A stretch of 64,000 bases of DNA, taken from positions 284,784-348,783 of the forward strand of contig CAZUVH010000001.1 of the NCBI GenBank assembly GCA_964623775.1, read 5' to 3'. Origin of the DNA: an uncultured Candidatus Saccharibacteria bacterium (GTDB lineage Bacteria > Patescibacteriota > Minisyncoccia > Phycocordibacterales > UBA2100). Shown here in pieces: positions 1-8,606 of the stretch. A model generated the notes under the pieces. It had not been told where the DNA came from, searched no databases, and saw only the letters and a list, made by a program, of their open reading frames with translations. A program made the translations under genes and the position numbers. Within the stretch, counting starts at the first letter, position 1. Each line of letters opens with the position of its first letter.

Positions 1-995
1 GCGTCGGCAACACACCCAAGCATTTCCAGGATTATGCCGCCGAGTTGAAATCAAGATTCCTCAAAAAGGGTGATTTTGTTGTCGAAGTCGGCGGGAATGA
101 CGGCGTACTTCTCGTGGAGCTTAAGGATGATATGAAAGTGCTCAACATTGAGCCGGCGAAAAACATCGCACCAATCGCGCGATCTCGCGGCGTGGATACG
201 CTCAACGAATTTTTCAATGAGGATATTGCAATAAAAGTTACGGAGAAATACGGTAAGGCAAAAGTCGTACTTGGTAACAACTCGATACCCCATATTTCCG
301 ATCAAGAGAGCGTTATGAAAGGTTTTAAGGAGTTACTTGCCCCTGATGGCGTCGGTGTCATCCAGGCCCACTATCTCGGGTATATACTCGAGGATCTTGG
401 GTATGGTGATATTTACCACGAGCACATGGCGTATTACGCGATGCTGCCGCTCGTGCCTTTTTACAAACGGCTCGGGCTTGAGATATTCGATTACGCGATG
501 AACGATTTTCACGGAGCTTCGATTCGTATCTATTTCGGACACGAGGGTAAGCACCCCGTTTCGCCAAAAGTCGCAGCACTCGTAGAAGAAGAAAAGAAGA
601 AGGGATGGGACAAGCTGGAAACGTATCAGAAGTTTGCGGAGGAAGTAGAGAAATCTAAAAATAAATTGGTCAAAACGCTCGCTGATCTCAAAAAGCAGGG
701 CAAGCATATCGCTGCGTATGGTGCGGCAGCAAAAGCGGTGCCAATTCTCAACTACGCCGGAATTACAGAAAAAGATGTCGAATTTTGCGTAGATGGCTTG
801 CCATCCAAACAAGGCCTTTGCATGCCAATGTCGCACATACCAATCATTTCGCCGGAGGAAGCATCGAAGCGCCAGGTGGATTACTATCTACTACTTGCGT
901 GGACGTTCCGTGATCACATTGCTGAGAAAGAAAAAGACTTCGTCGCGAAGGGCGGCAAATTCATCATGCCGATTGGCAACATCGAAATCTTCTAG
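1..995 (+). CDS. NDP-hexose C-methyltransferase family protein (TylCIII-like), 5'-truncated at window edge
   Basis: The frame is open from position 3 (…VGNTPKHFQDYAAELKSRFLKKGDFVVEVGGNDG…). VVEVGGNDG matches the C-methyltransferase motif I. The C-terminal Rossmann-like 'C-methyltransferase' domain is present (HIAAYGAAAKAVPILNYAGI…VDGLPSKQG…YYLLLAWTF). The N-terminus lies upstream of the window. Confidence 0.75.
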   Translation, partial: VGNTPKHFQDYAAELKSRFLKKGDFVVEVGGNDGVLLVELKDDMKVLNIEPAKNIAPIARSRGVDTLNEFFNEDIAIKVTEKYGKAKVVLGNNSIPHISDQESVMKGFKELLAPDGVGVIQAHYLGYILEDLGYGDIYHEHMAYYAMLPLVPFYKRLGLEIFDYAMNDFHGASIRIYFGHEGKHPVSPKVAALVEEEKKKGWDKLETYQKFAEEVEKSKNKLVKTLADLKKQGKHIAAYGAAAKAVPILNYAGITEKDVEFCVDGLPSKQGLCMPMSHIPIISPEEASKRQVDYYLLLAWTFRDHIAEKEKDFVAKGGKFIMPIGNIEIF

Positions 996-1040
996 TTGGA
1001 TTTCGTTTGCTCAGTTTGGTTAAACCATTATAGTTACTCA

Positions 1041-2198
1041 ATGAGAAGTGAGTTTCTTAGATTTGGGGCCCCGAAATTCGATAAAAAGGAAATCGCCGAG
1101 GTCGTGGATACGCTCAAAAGCGGGTGGGTGACGACGGGTCCCAAGACGCGGAAATTTGAAGAAGATTTTGGAACATACGTTGGGGTTTCGCATGCACTCG
1201 CGCTCAATTCTGGTACAGCCGCACTACATCTGGGACTTTTGGCTGCAGGTGTTGGGCCAGGGGATGAGGTCATCGTACCGGCGATGACATTTGGCGCATC
1301 GGCCAACACGGTCGTCCATTGCGGTGCCAAGCCCGTGTTTGTCGATTGCGAGCGCGACACGATGAATATCGACCCCACGAAAATTGAGGCCGCGATTACG
1401 GGCAAGACGAAGGTGATAATGCCTGTGCATATGGCCGGGCGTGCATGCGACATGGATGCGATATTCGCGATCGCCAAAAAACACAATTTGAAAGTCGTAC
1501 AGGATGCGGCACATGCCGTTGAGACCGAATACAAAGGGAAAAAAGTCGGGGCGTATGGAGATTTCGCCTGCTACAGCTTCCATGCGATCAAGAATCTCAC
1601 CACGGCTGAAGGCGGCATGCTCACGATGGAGGATGGGGCGACGTACAAAAAATGCAAGACGTTATCGCTGCATGGCATGAGTGTCGACGCACATGACAGG
1701 TATGGCACGTCAGGGTACAAGCACTATGAGCATGTGGAAGCAGGTTTTAAATACAACATGATGGACATCCAGGCCTCTCTTGGAATCCACCAGCTCGGGA
1801 AAATCGAGAAGAATTGGAAAAAGCGTCGGAAGATTTGGAACGCATACATGAAAGATTTGAGAGGTTTGCCAATCATTCTCCCCGCTCCCATCCGGAAAGA
1901 TGAGCGTCATGCATACCATATGTTTACGATACTTATCGATACCGATAAGACGGCCGTGACACGCGACCAGTTCTTGAATGAAATGGCGAAGCGAAATATT
2001 GGTACCGGCGTGCACTTTCGCGCCGTTCATTTACACCCGTATTATCGAAAGACGTACGGGTATAAAGAGGGAGATTTTCCCAACGCCGAATGGATCGGCG
2101 ATCGCACCGCATCAATCCCGATAATGCCGTATCTTTCGAAGCAAGATGTGACCGACGTCGTAGAGGCGATCAAGGATATTTTCTCCAAGAACACATGA
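1041..2198 (+). CDS. DegT/DnrJ/EryC1/StrS family PLP-dependent sugar aminotransferase
   Basis: Family motifs are clear (GWVTTGPKTRKFEEDF…ALNSGTAALHLGL…VIVPAMTFGASAN…FSFHAIKNLTTAEGGML). The start is taken at MRSEFLRF (1041), not the upstream ATG at 996 that overlaps the previous gene. Confidence 0.9.
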   Translation: MRSEFLRFGAPKFDKKEIAEVVDTLKSGWVTTGPKTRKFEEDFGTYVGVSHALALNSGTAALHLGLLAAGVGPGDEVIVPAMTFGASANTVVHCGAKPVFVDCERDTMNIDPTKIEAAITGKTKVIMPVHMAGRACDMDAIFAIAKKHNLKVVQDAAHAVETEYKGKKVGAYGDFACYSFHAIKNLTTAEGGMLTMEDGATYKKCKTLSLHGMSVDAHDRYGTSGYKHYEHVEAGFKYNMMDIQASLGIHQLGKIEKNWKKRRKIWNAYMKDLRGLPIILPAPIRKDERHAYHMFTILIDTDKTAVTRDQFLNEMAKRNIGTGVHFRAVHLHPYYRKTYGYKEGDFPNAEWIGDRTASIPIMPYLSKQDVTDVVEAIKDIFSKNT

Positions 2199-3349
2199 GT
2201 CCGGAACCCAGGAAAATAAAAGTCGCCTTGATGAGCTATGCGATGGATGGTCGTCAGGCAAAGGGGAGTGCACTCTCGACCCATAGGCTTGTCGAGAGAC
2301 TCGTTAAGAATCCTGAGCTTGAAGTGACACTCGTCCATTTCGACCCGAGCGACGACCCGCTCTACAAGCAGGCGAGAGAAATTATAATGCCCCAATTCAA
2401 ACTCCCGGCAGGCACCCGTTTTTTTCGTACACTCGCTTTTTTTTGGAAATATCGACACGAAGATTTCGATGTCATCCACTGGTTCCAGTCACGCGTATAT
2501 CCTTTCTTCTGGATGGCACCAGCTCGTAAAATCATCGTGACCGCGCATGCGGGCGGGGATATTACGTCCCCGGGCAAATTCCCGTTTTCTCGCAGAATGT
2601 TCAACTTCGTACTCAAACATTTCAACAATCGTGTCGATGCGCTTGTCGGGGTCTCGAATTTCGGCAGGGAGGAAATCATAGAGGCATATGGGGCAAATCC
2701 GGACAAAGTACACGCACTCATTCACTACAATGGCGGAGCGGAAGAATATAAGCCAATGGACAAAAAACAGGCGCTTGAACACATGCGAGAGAAACACAAT
2801 ATTAGTGGCCCATACATTCTCGATGTCTCGCGGCTCAGTCTTCACAAGAATGTAACGACGCTCATAAAAGCATATATATTGTTGCGAGATCAGTATCCCG
2901 ACCGAAGGGAGTTACTCGTCGTCGCGGGTGGGCCTGATAACGACGCAGAGGCAGTGTATGCACTCGCGCGTGACTCAAAATATGCGGCCGACATCCGCTT
3001 TATCGATTATGTCGCGCAGGAAGACATGAACGCACTTTATTCCGGCGCAGAAGTGTTCGCATTCCCGTCCCTGAGTGAAGGTTTTGGCATGCCGCTCATC
3101 GAGGCATTCGCCTCCGGTACGCCCATCGTGACATCCAATGTTGCTTCGCTGCCGGAAGTGGGCGGAGACGCCGTATTGCTGGTAGATCCAAAAAAATCTG
3201 AGGAACTCGCCAACGCGATACACAGGCTTTTAACAGATGACGATCTCCGAAAGTCATTGATCGAAAAAGGACTTGAGCGCTGTCGTGTATTTACATGGGA
3301 TTTGGCCGCTAAAGAAGTGAGTGATCTCTACAGGCACGTCGCCGGATGA
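2195..3349 (+). CDS. glycosyltransferase family 4 (GT-B, GT1 clan)
   Basis: The C-terminal GT4 signature is present (EGFGMPLIEAFASGTPIVTSNVASLPEVGGDAVLLVDP). The start at MSPEPRKIKV forms an ATGA overlap with the upstream stop. The 2090–2194 extension in the ORF track is not supported. Confidence 0.85.
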   Translation: MSPEPRKIKVALMSYAMDGRQAKGSALSTHRLVERLVKNPELEVTLVHFDPSDDPLYKQAREIIMPQFKLPAGTRFFRTLAFFWKYRHEDFDVIHWFQSRVYPFFWMAPARKIIVTAHAGGDITSPGKFPFSRRMFNFVLKHFNNRVDALVGVSNFGREEIIEAYGANPDKVHALIHYNGGAEEYKPMDKKQALEHMREKHNISGPYILDVSRLSLHKNVTTLIKAYILLRDQYPDRRELLVVAGGPDNDAEAVYALARDSKYAADIRFIDYVAQEDMNALYSGAEVFAFPSLSEGFGMPLIEAFASGTPIVTSNVASLPEVGGDAVLLVDPKKSEELANAIHRLLTDDDLRKSLIEKGLERCRVFTWDLAAKEVSDLYRHVAG

Positions 3350-3380
3350 AGATGTCTGTGAATTGCTATATACTCACTCC

Positions 3381-3746
3381 ATGGAAATGCCGATATCGGA
3401 AATAATCGACCGGTGTAGTATTTTGCAGTTGAAGCGCGAGCGCTTGCCACTACACGATGCTTTGCAGAAAGAGTGTGAGCGTTTCGAGGCACATATTACC
3501 TCGCACCCCCTCCATCAAAGGATTAATGAACACTTGAAGACACTCAAAGAGGTGAATGGGAAAATTTGGGACCTTGAATCGGATATTCGTAAGGGAAAAG
3601 AGGGCGAATTGGGATTAGAGGAGGTCGGCCGCCGGGCACTTGCAATCCGTGATCTGAACGGTGAACGTATTCGACTAAAGAACGCGATTGCAGAAGAAAT
3701 GGGGGAATTTGGAGACGTCAAAGTCGACCACGCGAGTGATTCGTAG
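3381..3746 (+). CDS. hypothetical protein (small, predicted helical/coiled-coil)
   Basis: This 121-aa ORF sits in a tight array between the GT4 and a methyltransferase. It is charged and helical (…GKIWDLESDIRKGKEGELGLEEV…). I recognise no family. Confidence 0.45.
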   Translation: MEMPISEIIDRCSILQLKRERLPLHDALQKECERFEAHITSHPLHQRINEHLKTLKEVNGKIWDLESDIRKGKEGELGLEEVGRRALAIRDLNGERIRLKNAIAEEMGEFGDVKVDHASDS

Positions 3747-3757
3747 ATGCGCTTCAT

Positions 3758-4708
3758 ATGACTCCCACCCCAGCCTCCTGTCCTCTGTGTAATGCGGAAG
3801 CGCCGAAAACTACTGGGCGCACGCACACCGATGGAGCGACAACGTACGCCCAATACGGCTGTGATGCCTGTCTTGTCCAATTTTGGTGGCCTCTTAAGAA
3901 TCCGGGAGCGGAATGGTATCGTACACACGAAAAATACGGCAATCGCAATGCAGATCCCGTGTGGAACGCAACGACGAACCACAAAAAAACGATGACGGTA
4001 CTTTCGAGACCCGGGGCCGTTCTTGATATCGGATGCGGTATCGGCAATTTCCTTTCTCTCGCGAAGGAGAAGGGGTGGCAGATAGCTGGTATCGACTTTG
4101 ATACGGATGCAATCGCATCTGCGAAAAAAGTGACAGAAGTCGACGATTTTGAGGCAGCAGATGTTGTTACATATGCCGCACGTCATCCAGATAGAAAATT
4201 CGACCTTGTGACATTTTTCGATGTTCTCGAACATGTCGATAATCACAATGAATTCATAGGATCGGTAAAATTACTTCTCAAGCCGGGCGGGCATATCGCC
4301 ATGAGCATGCCGTACCGCAAGCACGCACTGTGGCTCATGAGGGCAGATGTGCCGCCGATGCACCTTACGTGCTGGGATCGCGAATCACTGGAGCGCTTCC
4401 TCGATGCGCGGGGTTTTGATGTTGTGTATATGCGCCGTAGTTCCGAAGGTATATGGCCGATCATCATGAAGCTGCGCTTCAGGTACGGGAACTGGTCATC
4501 GCTCGGCGCGGTGAATGTGGCTCGCAAAGCATCAGGCAACTCGTCAGCCGGTCCACGTAATCGCCCACTGCTCGTCCGACTCGTACACATAGCCGCGAAA
4601 GCCAAAGACATTATCCTCTTTGGACTTCCTGCGCTTATTATCTGGCTTGTCATGCTGCCGAGTCCGAAGCGTTACATCGATCTTTTCGCGATTGCCAAGA
4701 TGCGTTGA
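3758..4708 (+). CDS. class I SAM-dependent methyltransferase with N-terminal Cys4 zinc ribbon and C-terminal membrane anchor
   Basis: The N-terminus has CPLCN…GCDAC. Motif I is VLDIGCGIGNF, followed by …LLKPGGHIAM. The C-terminal hydrophobic segment is LFGLPALIIWLVMLP. Confidence 0.8.
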   Translation: MTPTPASCPLCNAEAPKTTGRTHTDGATTYAQYGCDACLVQFWWPLKNPGAEWYRTHEKYGNRNADPVWNATTNHKKTMTVLSRPGAVLDIGCGIGNFLSLAKEKGWQIAGIDFDTDAIASAKKVTEVDDFEAADVVTYAARHPDRKFDLVTFFDVLEHVDNHNEFIGSVKLLLKPGGHIAMSMPYRKHALWLMRADVPPMHLTCWDRESLERFLDARGFDVVYMRRSSEGIWPIIMKLRFRYGNWSSLGAVNVARKASGNSSAGPRNRPLLVRLVHIAAKAKDIILFGLPALIIWLVMLPSPKRYIDLFAIAKMR

Positions 4709-4739
4709 TTGAGCAGTTGTTGTACAGTGACCATACTTT

Positions 4740-5990
4740 ATGCGGTACACCGGAAAAATTCGGTTTGTCGATAGGTACATCGGCTCTATTGTGCTTTTTT
4801 TGTTTACGATCCTGCATTTTTTCCGTCGCGTCCCGAAAGATAGGAAGGTGCAAAATGTTCTCATAATCGAGCTGGTTGAGATGGCGGCAGCAGTCATGGG
4901 ATACGCTTCGGTATTACACATCAAGAAGCAGATACCCGATGCGCGTATATTCGTACTGTGCACTGAAAGTACAAAGGAGGCGTGGATGCTGCTCGACGGA
5001 ATCGATAAAGATGATGTCGTGACACTCGACAATAAAAGCACCCTGACACTTCTCGCATCTATCTGGCGAGCGACACATGCACTATCCAAAAAGAACATCG
5101 ATCTGATACTCGATTTCGAGCTCTTTACACGAATCTCGGCGATTCTCTCGCTGCTCATCAGGACGAAGCTGCGCGCGGGATTCTACGGCTATACGACAGG
5201 TGGGCTCTATCGCGGTAATTTCCTCGATGTGAAATGCAATTTCAACCAGAACATGCATATCAGTAAAAATCTGCTCGCACTCACAAAATCCGCGCTCGAT
5301 CCAAATCCGCAACACTACAATTGGGATGGTCCGATTTTAAATAGTGAAATTGTTGTTCCAGAATATGTATCCGATCCGGTGATGCGCGCAGAAGTAAAGA
5401 AGAAGGTCTATGAGGCAATAGGCGGCAATTCTGAGCACCTCATCGTACTCGCTCCTACTGTCGGTCAGATGCTCCCCATGCGCGATTATCCGAAGGAGAT
5501 GTATGTCGAAGTGATCAAGAAATTACTCGTCGTATATCCGATGCATCACATACTTCTCGTCGGTACCCCGTCCCATAGCGGAGTCGGTAGATTCATAGAA
5601 AAGGCGGTCAGTGCGAAGAAGTGTGTAAATTTCTGTGGCAAGACAGCTACTCTGCGTGAACTCCTAGAGCTCTTTTCCATGGCTGAGCTCCTCATCACCA
5701 ATGACAGTGGTAATCCGCATTTTGCGGCGATGGTCGGACTCAAAAACGTAGCGCTCTTCGGACCGGAGACACCTTTTATGTACGGACCTTTGGGCAAATC
5801 GGTCTGCCTTTTCGATTTTTTCCACTCGAGCCCGAGCATTACCTCATACAATCACAAGAATCCTCCGAGTGATTCCAATGCCTCATTGCGAAGCATCTCG
5901 CCTGAGCGCGTTGTGAAGACGGTGCAACTCCTGATGGAGGGTAATGCGAGATACGGGACGGTCAATAACGAGGTACCATATCTGCTTTAG
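4740..5990 (+). CDS. glycosyltransferase family 9 (ADP-heptose:acceptor heptosyltransferase-like)
   Basis: The GT9 C-terminal motif is present (LLITNDSGNPHFAAMVGLKNVALFGPETP). The N-terminus is VLIIELVEM…GYASVL. The exact start is uncertain (4740 or a downstream ATG). Confidence 0.8.
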   Translation: MRYTGKIRFVDRYIGSIVLFLFTILHFFRRVPKDRKVQNVLIIELVEMAAAVMGYASVLHIKKQIPDARIFVLCTESTKEAWMLLDGIDKDDVVTLDNKSTLTLLASIWRATHALSKKNIDLILDFELFTRISAILSLLIRTKLRAGFYGYTTGGLYRGNFLDVKCNFNQNMHISKNLLALTKSALDPNPQHYNWDGPILNSEIVVPEYVSDPVMRAEVKKKVYEAIGGNSEHLIVLAPTVGQMLPMRDYPKEMYVEVIKKLLVVYPMHHILLVGTPSHSGVGRFIEKAVSAKKCVNFCGKTATLRELLELFSMAELLITNDSGNPHFAAMVGLKNVALFGPETPFMYGPLGKSVCLFDFFHSSPSITSYNHKNPPSDSNASLRSISPERVVKTVQLLMEGNARYGTVNNEVPYLL

Positions 5991-5993
5991 GCA

Positions 5994-6451
5994 GGAATTT
6001 TCAATTTACAATTCTCAATTTCCAATCAATTTACAATGAAGGAAATTTCAAACAAAAAGACTTATGATCTTGAAGAGCGAACGGCCGTTTTTGGCGAGTC
6101 AGTCATTTTGCTTTGCAGGGAAGTAAAGCAGGACGCAATTACTAAGCCGCTAGTAAATCAGCTCGTTCGCTCCGCCACAAGTATTGGTGCAAATTACATG
6201 GAAGCGAACGGCGCTAGTTCGAAGAAAGATTTTGCCAACAAGATCTTTATCTGCAAAAAGGAGACTCAAGAGACGAAACATTGGCTACGAATGCTTGCAA
6301 CAAGTGTTCCAGTGTTGCGCGACGAGATTCGAAAGCTCTGGCAGGAATGTCAAGAATTAACCCTCATATTTCAGAAAATCGCATCTTCAAGCCGGTTGAA
6401 AAATTGAACATTTGACCTTCAATGAAAATTGAAAATTAAGAATTGAAAATT
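5994..6451 (+). mobile_element. putative insertion cassette carrying a four-helix-bundle (23S-IVS-type) gene, bounded by AT-rich 'caatt/gaaaatt' repeat termini
   Basis: The left terminus is aattttcaatttacaattctcaatttccaatcaatttacaATG. The right terminus is caatgaaaattgaaaattaagaattgaaaatt. Both termini recur at 8456–8600 with the gene interior missing. Confidence 0.45.
6036..6407 (+). CDS. four helix bundle protein (TIGR02436-like, '23S rRNA intervening sequence protein' family)
   Basis: The family hallmark is present (…VRSATSIGANYMEANGASSKKDFANKIFICKKETQETKHWLRM…). It is a 123-aa protein, as is typical. Confidence 0.85.
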   Translation: MKEISNKKTYDLEERTAVFGESVILLCREVKQDAITKPLVNQLVRSATSIGANYMEANGASSKKDFANKIFICKKETQETKHWLRMLATSVPVLRDEIRKLWQECQELTLIFQKIASSSRLKN

Positions 6452-6478
6452 CCTCATGTTTTGAGGTACTATTAAAAC

Positions 6479-7372
6479 ATGAGGATTTTAGTCACGGGCG
6501 GTACAGGATTTATTGGCTCAAATATCGTCGAGGCGCTTATTGCGCGCGGCGATGAGGTATTGATCACGGGACACGACGCAGAGCAGCAACCAAAGGGATT
6601 TACCGGAAAATTCTTGCAACCGTCGCTCATCGGTATAGATTGGGATTCGATAGGATCCCTTGACGCCGTCATCCATGAGGCTGCGATCAACGAGACGCAA
6701 TCGAAGGACGAAAAGGAAATGATGCGTGCCAACGTGGATTCCTCACTCGCACTTTTTGAATATACTGTAAAAAATGGCTGCAAGCGAATTGTGTACGCAT
6801 CGTCGACAGCCGTATATGGTGACGGGCCGACACCATACAAGGAAGACCAAGAACTGCAGCCACTTACACCCTATGCCAAATCGAAGGCCAAACTTGACGC
6901 TGAAGTGAAGAAATTTGCCACAAATAATCCGTCCATAACAATCGTCGGTCTGCGGTATTGCAACGTCTATGGACCGGGCGAGTCACATAAAGGTAATCGC
7001 GCGAGCATGATCTACCAGCTGGCGCAGCAGATGAAAAAAGGAAATCCGCGACTTTTCAAATCTGGTGAACAAAAACGCGACTTTATTTATGTAAAGGATG
7101 TTGTCGTTGCAAACCTCCTGGCGCTCGAATCAAAAGAAAATGCCCTTGTAAATTGCGGCTCGGGCACTGCGTCATCGTTTAATGAGATTGTCGCGATTCT
7201 GAATACGGAAATGAATTTGAGTCGCGTTCCCGAATACTTTGACAATCCTATCGCTGCTACCTACCAAAACCACACCGAGTGTGACATGTCGCTTGCGGAA
7301 CAAAAGCTCGGCTTTATTCCCGCTTTCGATATTAAAAAGGGAATCAAGGATTACGTGGCCTCCGGTCTCTAG
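6479..7372 (+). CDS. hldD: ADP-L-glycero-D-manno-heptose 6-epimerase
   Basis: The N-terminus is MRILVTGGTGFIGSNIV. There is a strong match to E. coli HldD/RfaD across VGLRYCNVYGPGESHKGNRASMIYQLAQQMKKGNPRLFKSGEQKRDFIYVKDV. The gene is 297 aa. Confidence 0.85.
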   Translation: MRILVTGGTGFIGSNIVEALIARGDEVLITGHDAEQQPKGFTGKFLQPSLIGIDWDSIGSLDAVIHEAAINETQSKDEKEMMRANVDSSLALFEYTVKNGCKRIVYASSTAVYGDGPTPYKEDQELQPLTPYAKSKAKLDAEVKKFATNNPSITIVGLRYCNVYGPGESHKGNRASMIYQLAQQMKKGNPRLFKSGEQKRDFIYVKDVVVANLLALESKENALVNCGSGTASSFNEIVAILNTEMNLSRVPEYFDNPIAATYQNHTECDMSLAEQKLGFIPAFDIKKGIKDYVASGL

Positions 7373-7776
7373 TTGTTGAGGATCTTCTTGAGCACGTTGG
7401 TGGTTGATCGGCCCGGTACGACCTTCGCGAGGACGATCTTGCCGCCGGTTTTTTCGACAGCGTCTTTTTCAATAATTTGATCGATAGTGCGATCGCCGCC
7501 TTTTACATGCACATGAGGCTGAAGTTTGCCGAGCCATTCGATCGGCGTCGTTTCATCAAAAATGAAGACCGCGTCAACACACTTAAGAGAGGTAATGATT
7601 TCAGCACGCTCAAGCTCGGTGTTGATGGGGCGAGAGTCGCCTTTGTTGCGTTTGACCGATGCGTCAGAATTGACCCCGACGATCAGGATGTCACCATGGC
7701 GTTTGGCCTCTTCGAGGTAGCGGACGTGGCCGACATGGAGGATGTCGAAGCAGCCGTTGGTGGTCACGACGGTCAT
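7369..7776 (-). CDS. hldC: D-glycero-beta-D-manno-heptose 1-phosphate adenylyltransferase (stand-alone HldE domain II)
   Basis: The sequence is MTVVTTNGCFDILHVGHVRYLEEAK…ILIVGVNSDASVKRNKG…RPIN (HxGH cytidylyltransferase-like fold, RfaE-II pattern). The start is at 7776. The longer ORF extending to 7962 has an unsupported 62-aa extension. Confidence 0.8.
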   Translation of the reverse strand: MTVVTTNGCFDILHVGHVRYLEEAKRHGDILIVGVNSDASVKRNKGDSRPINTELERAEIITSLKCVDAVFIFDETTPIEWLGKLQPHVHVKGGDRTIDQIIEKDAVEKTGGKIVLAKVVPGRSTTNVLKKILNN

Positions 7777-7953
7777 TTTATGGGCTTTTGCAGCCCTGGA
7801 GAGCGCCAATGCCGCCCTAAACGGCAATACTTTCGCTCCAGACGATTTTGCGATACGCTTCGGGAATCGCGGCCTTCCCGCGCTCTTATGGGCTCCAAAA
7901 GCACTATTTTTAACTCTGCGTTTCAACGTCATACAGATGTGGTGGCTCAAAGT

Positions 7954-8475
7954 ATGCAACACATCATGTCGGATGTCGAGAAGTCCGGAAAGTTGCTTGT
8001 GACAGCGCTAAAGAGCGGAAAAAAGGTTTTGGTATGTGGCAATGGAGGCTCCGCTGCCGATAGCCAGCATCTCGCAGCCGAACTATCAGGCCGCTACAAG
8101 AAAGAACGAAAGGCATTAGCCGGAATCGCGCTCACGACTGATACGTCAGCACTTACGGCGATCGGAAACGACTATGGTTTTGAAAATATCTTTAAGCGTC
8201 AGATTGCAGCACTTGGTATGAAAGGCGATGTTCTTGTAGCTTTTTCGACGAGTGGTTCATCGCCCAATATACTCGCGGCGATTGCAGAGGCTCGCGCGTG
8301 CAAAATGAAAGTGATTGTACTCACGGGCATAAAAGGGAGGGGGCTACGCAAAAGTGTCGACGCTCTTATTTGCGTCCCTACCGAAGAAACTGCTCGTATC
8401 CAGGAGATACATGAACTTGTGTATCACTCATGGTGCGAATACATCGATTCAAAATTTCCAATTCCCAATTCCTAA
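7954..8475 (+). CDS. gmhA: D-sedoheptulose 7-phosphate isomerase (SIS domain)
   Basis: There is a near-collinear match to E. coli GmhA (KVLVCGNGGSAADSQHLAAELSGRY…GNDYGFENIFKRQIAALGMKGDVLVAFSTSGSSPNILAAIAEAR…KVIVLTG…ARIQEIHELV). The start could be ATG 7954 or GTG 7942. The last ~8 codons (SKFPIPNS*) are encoded by repeat-element sequence. Confidence 0.9.
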   Translation: MQHIMSDVEKSGKLLVTALKSGKKVLVCGNGGSAADSQHLAAELSGRYKKERKALAGIALTTDTSALTAIGNDYGFENIFKRQIAALGMKGDVLVAFSTSGSSPNILAAIAEARACKMKVIVLTGIKGRGLRKSVDALICVPTEETARIQEIHELVYHSWCEYIDSKFPIPNS

Positions 8476-8600
8476 TTTTCAATCAATTTACAATGAATCA
8501 AGCCTCAAACACATACCACTTAGGTCTAGTTGACGGACTCCTTGAGACATTAAAAATTGATAATTCAATGAAAATTGGAAATTAAAAAATTGAAAATTCT
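8456..8600 (+). mobile_element. decayed second copy of the four-helix-bundle cassette termini (interior deleted; 30-codon remnant ORF 8493–8585)
   Basis: Positions 8456–8492 (aaaatttccaattcccaattcctaattttcaatcaatttacaATG) match 5996–6038. Positions 8562–8600 (aattcaatgaaaattggaaattaaaaaattgaaaattct) match 6415–6451. The remnant ORF reads MNQASNTYHLGLVDGLLETLKIDNSMKIGN. Confidence 0.45.
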
Positions 8601-8606
8601 GAACCT

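Noticed and set aside
2090-2194. Upstream extensions of the GT4 (2090), the MTase (35872–35973), gatB (61494–61553) and the lipase (54601–54639)
   Set aside because: Each extension overlaps the preceding gene or has no similarity. The downstream ATGs give canonical N-termini and operon-style overlaps.
3515-4246. 243-aa ORF on the minus strand (also 4544–5158, 20391–21068, 44710–45495, 53394–54344, 54571–55323 and similar long antisense ORFs)
   Set aside because: Each lies entirely antisense to a gene with strong, family-specific motif support. They have low-complexity/Arg-Ser-rich composition typical of shadow ORFs in ~50% GC DNA.
6411-6451. Possible CRISPR-like array from the short 'gaaaatt' repeats
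   Set aside because: Only 2–3 tandem copies of a 7–12-nt unit are present, without unique spacers of regular length. They are termini of the four-helix-bundle cassette, not a CRISPR array.
7477-7953. N-terminal 159 codons of the listed 332-aa ORF (7477–8475)
   Set aside because: Similarity to GmhA begins only at about residue 160. The upstream part is antisense to the well-supported hldC gene. The start was reassigned to 7954 (or GTG 7942).
7777-7962. 62-aa N-terminal extension of the minus-strand hldC ORF
   Set aside because: The RfaE-II domain starts right at MTVVTTNGCFD. The extension has no similarity, is Arg/Ala-rich and would overlap the divergent gmhA start region.
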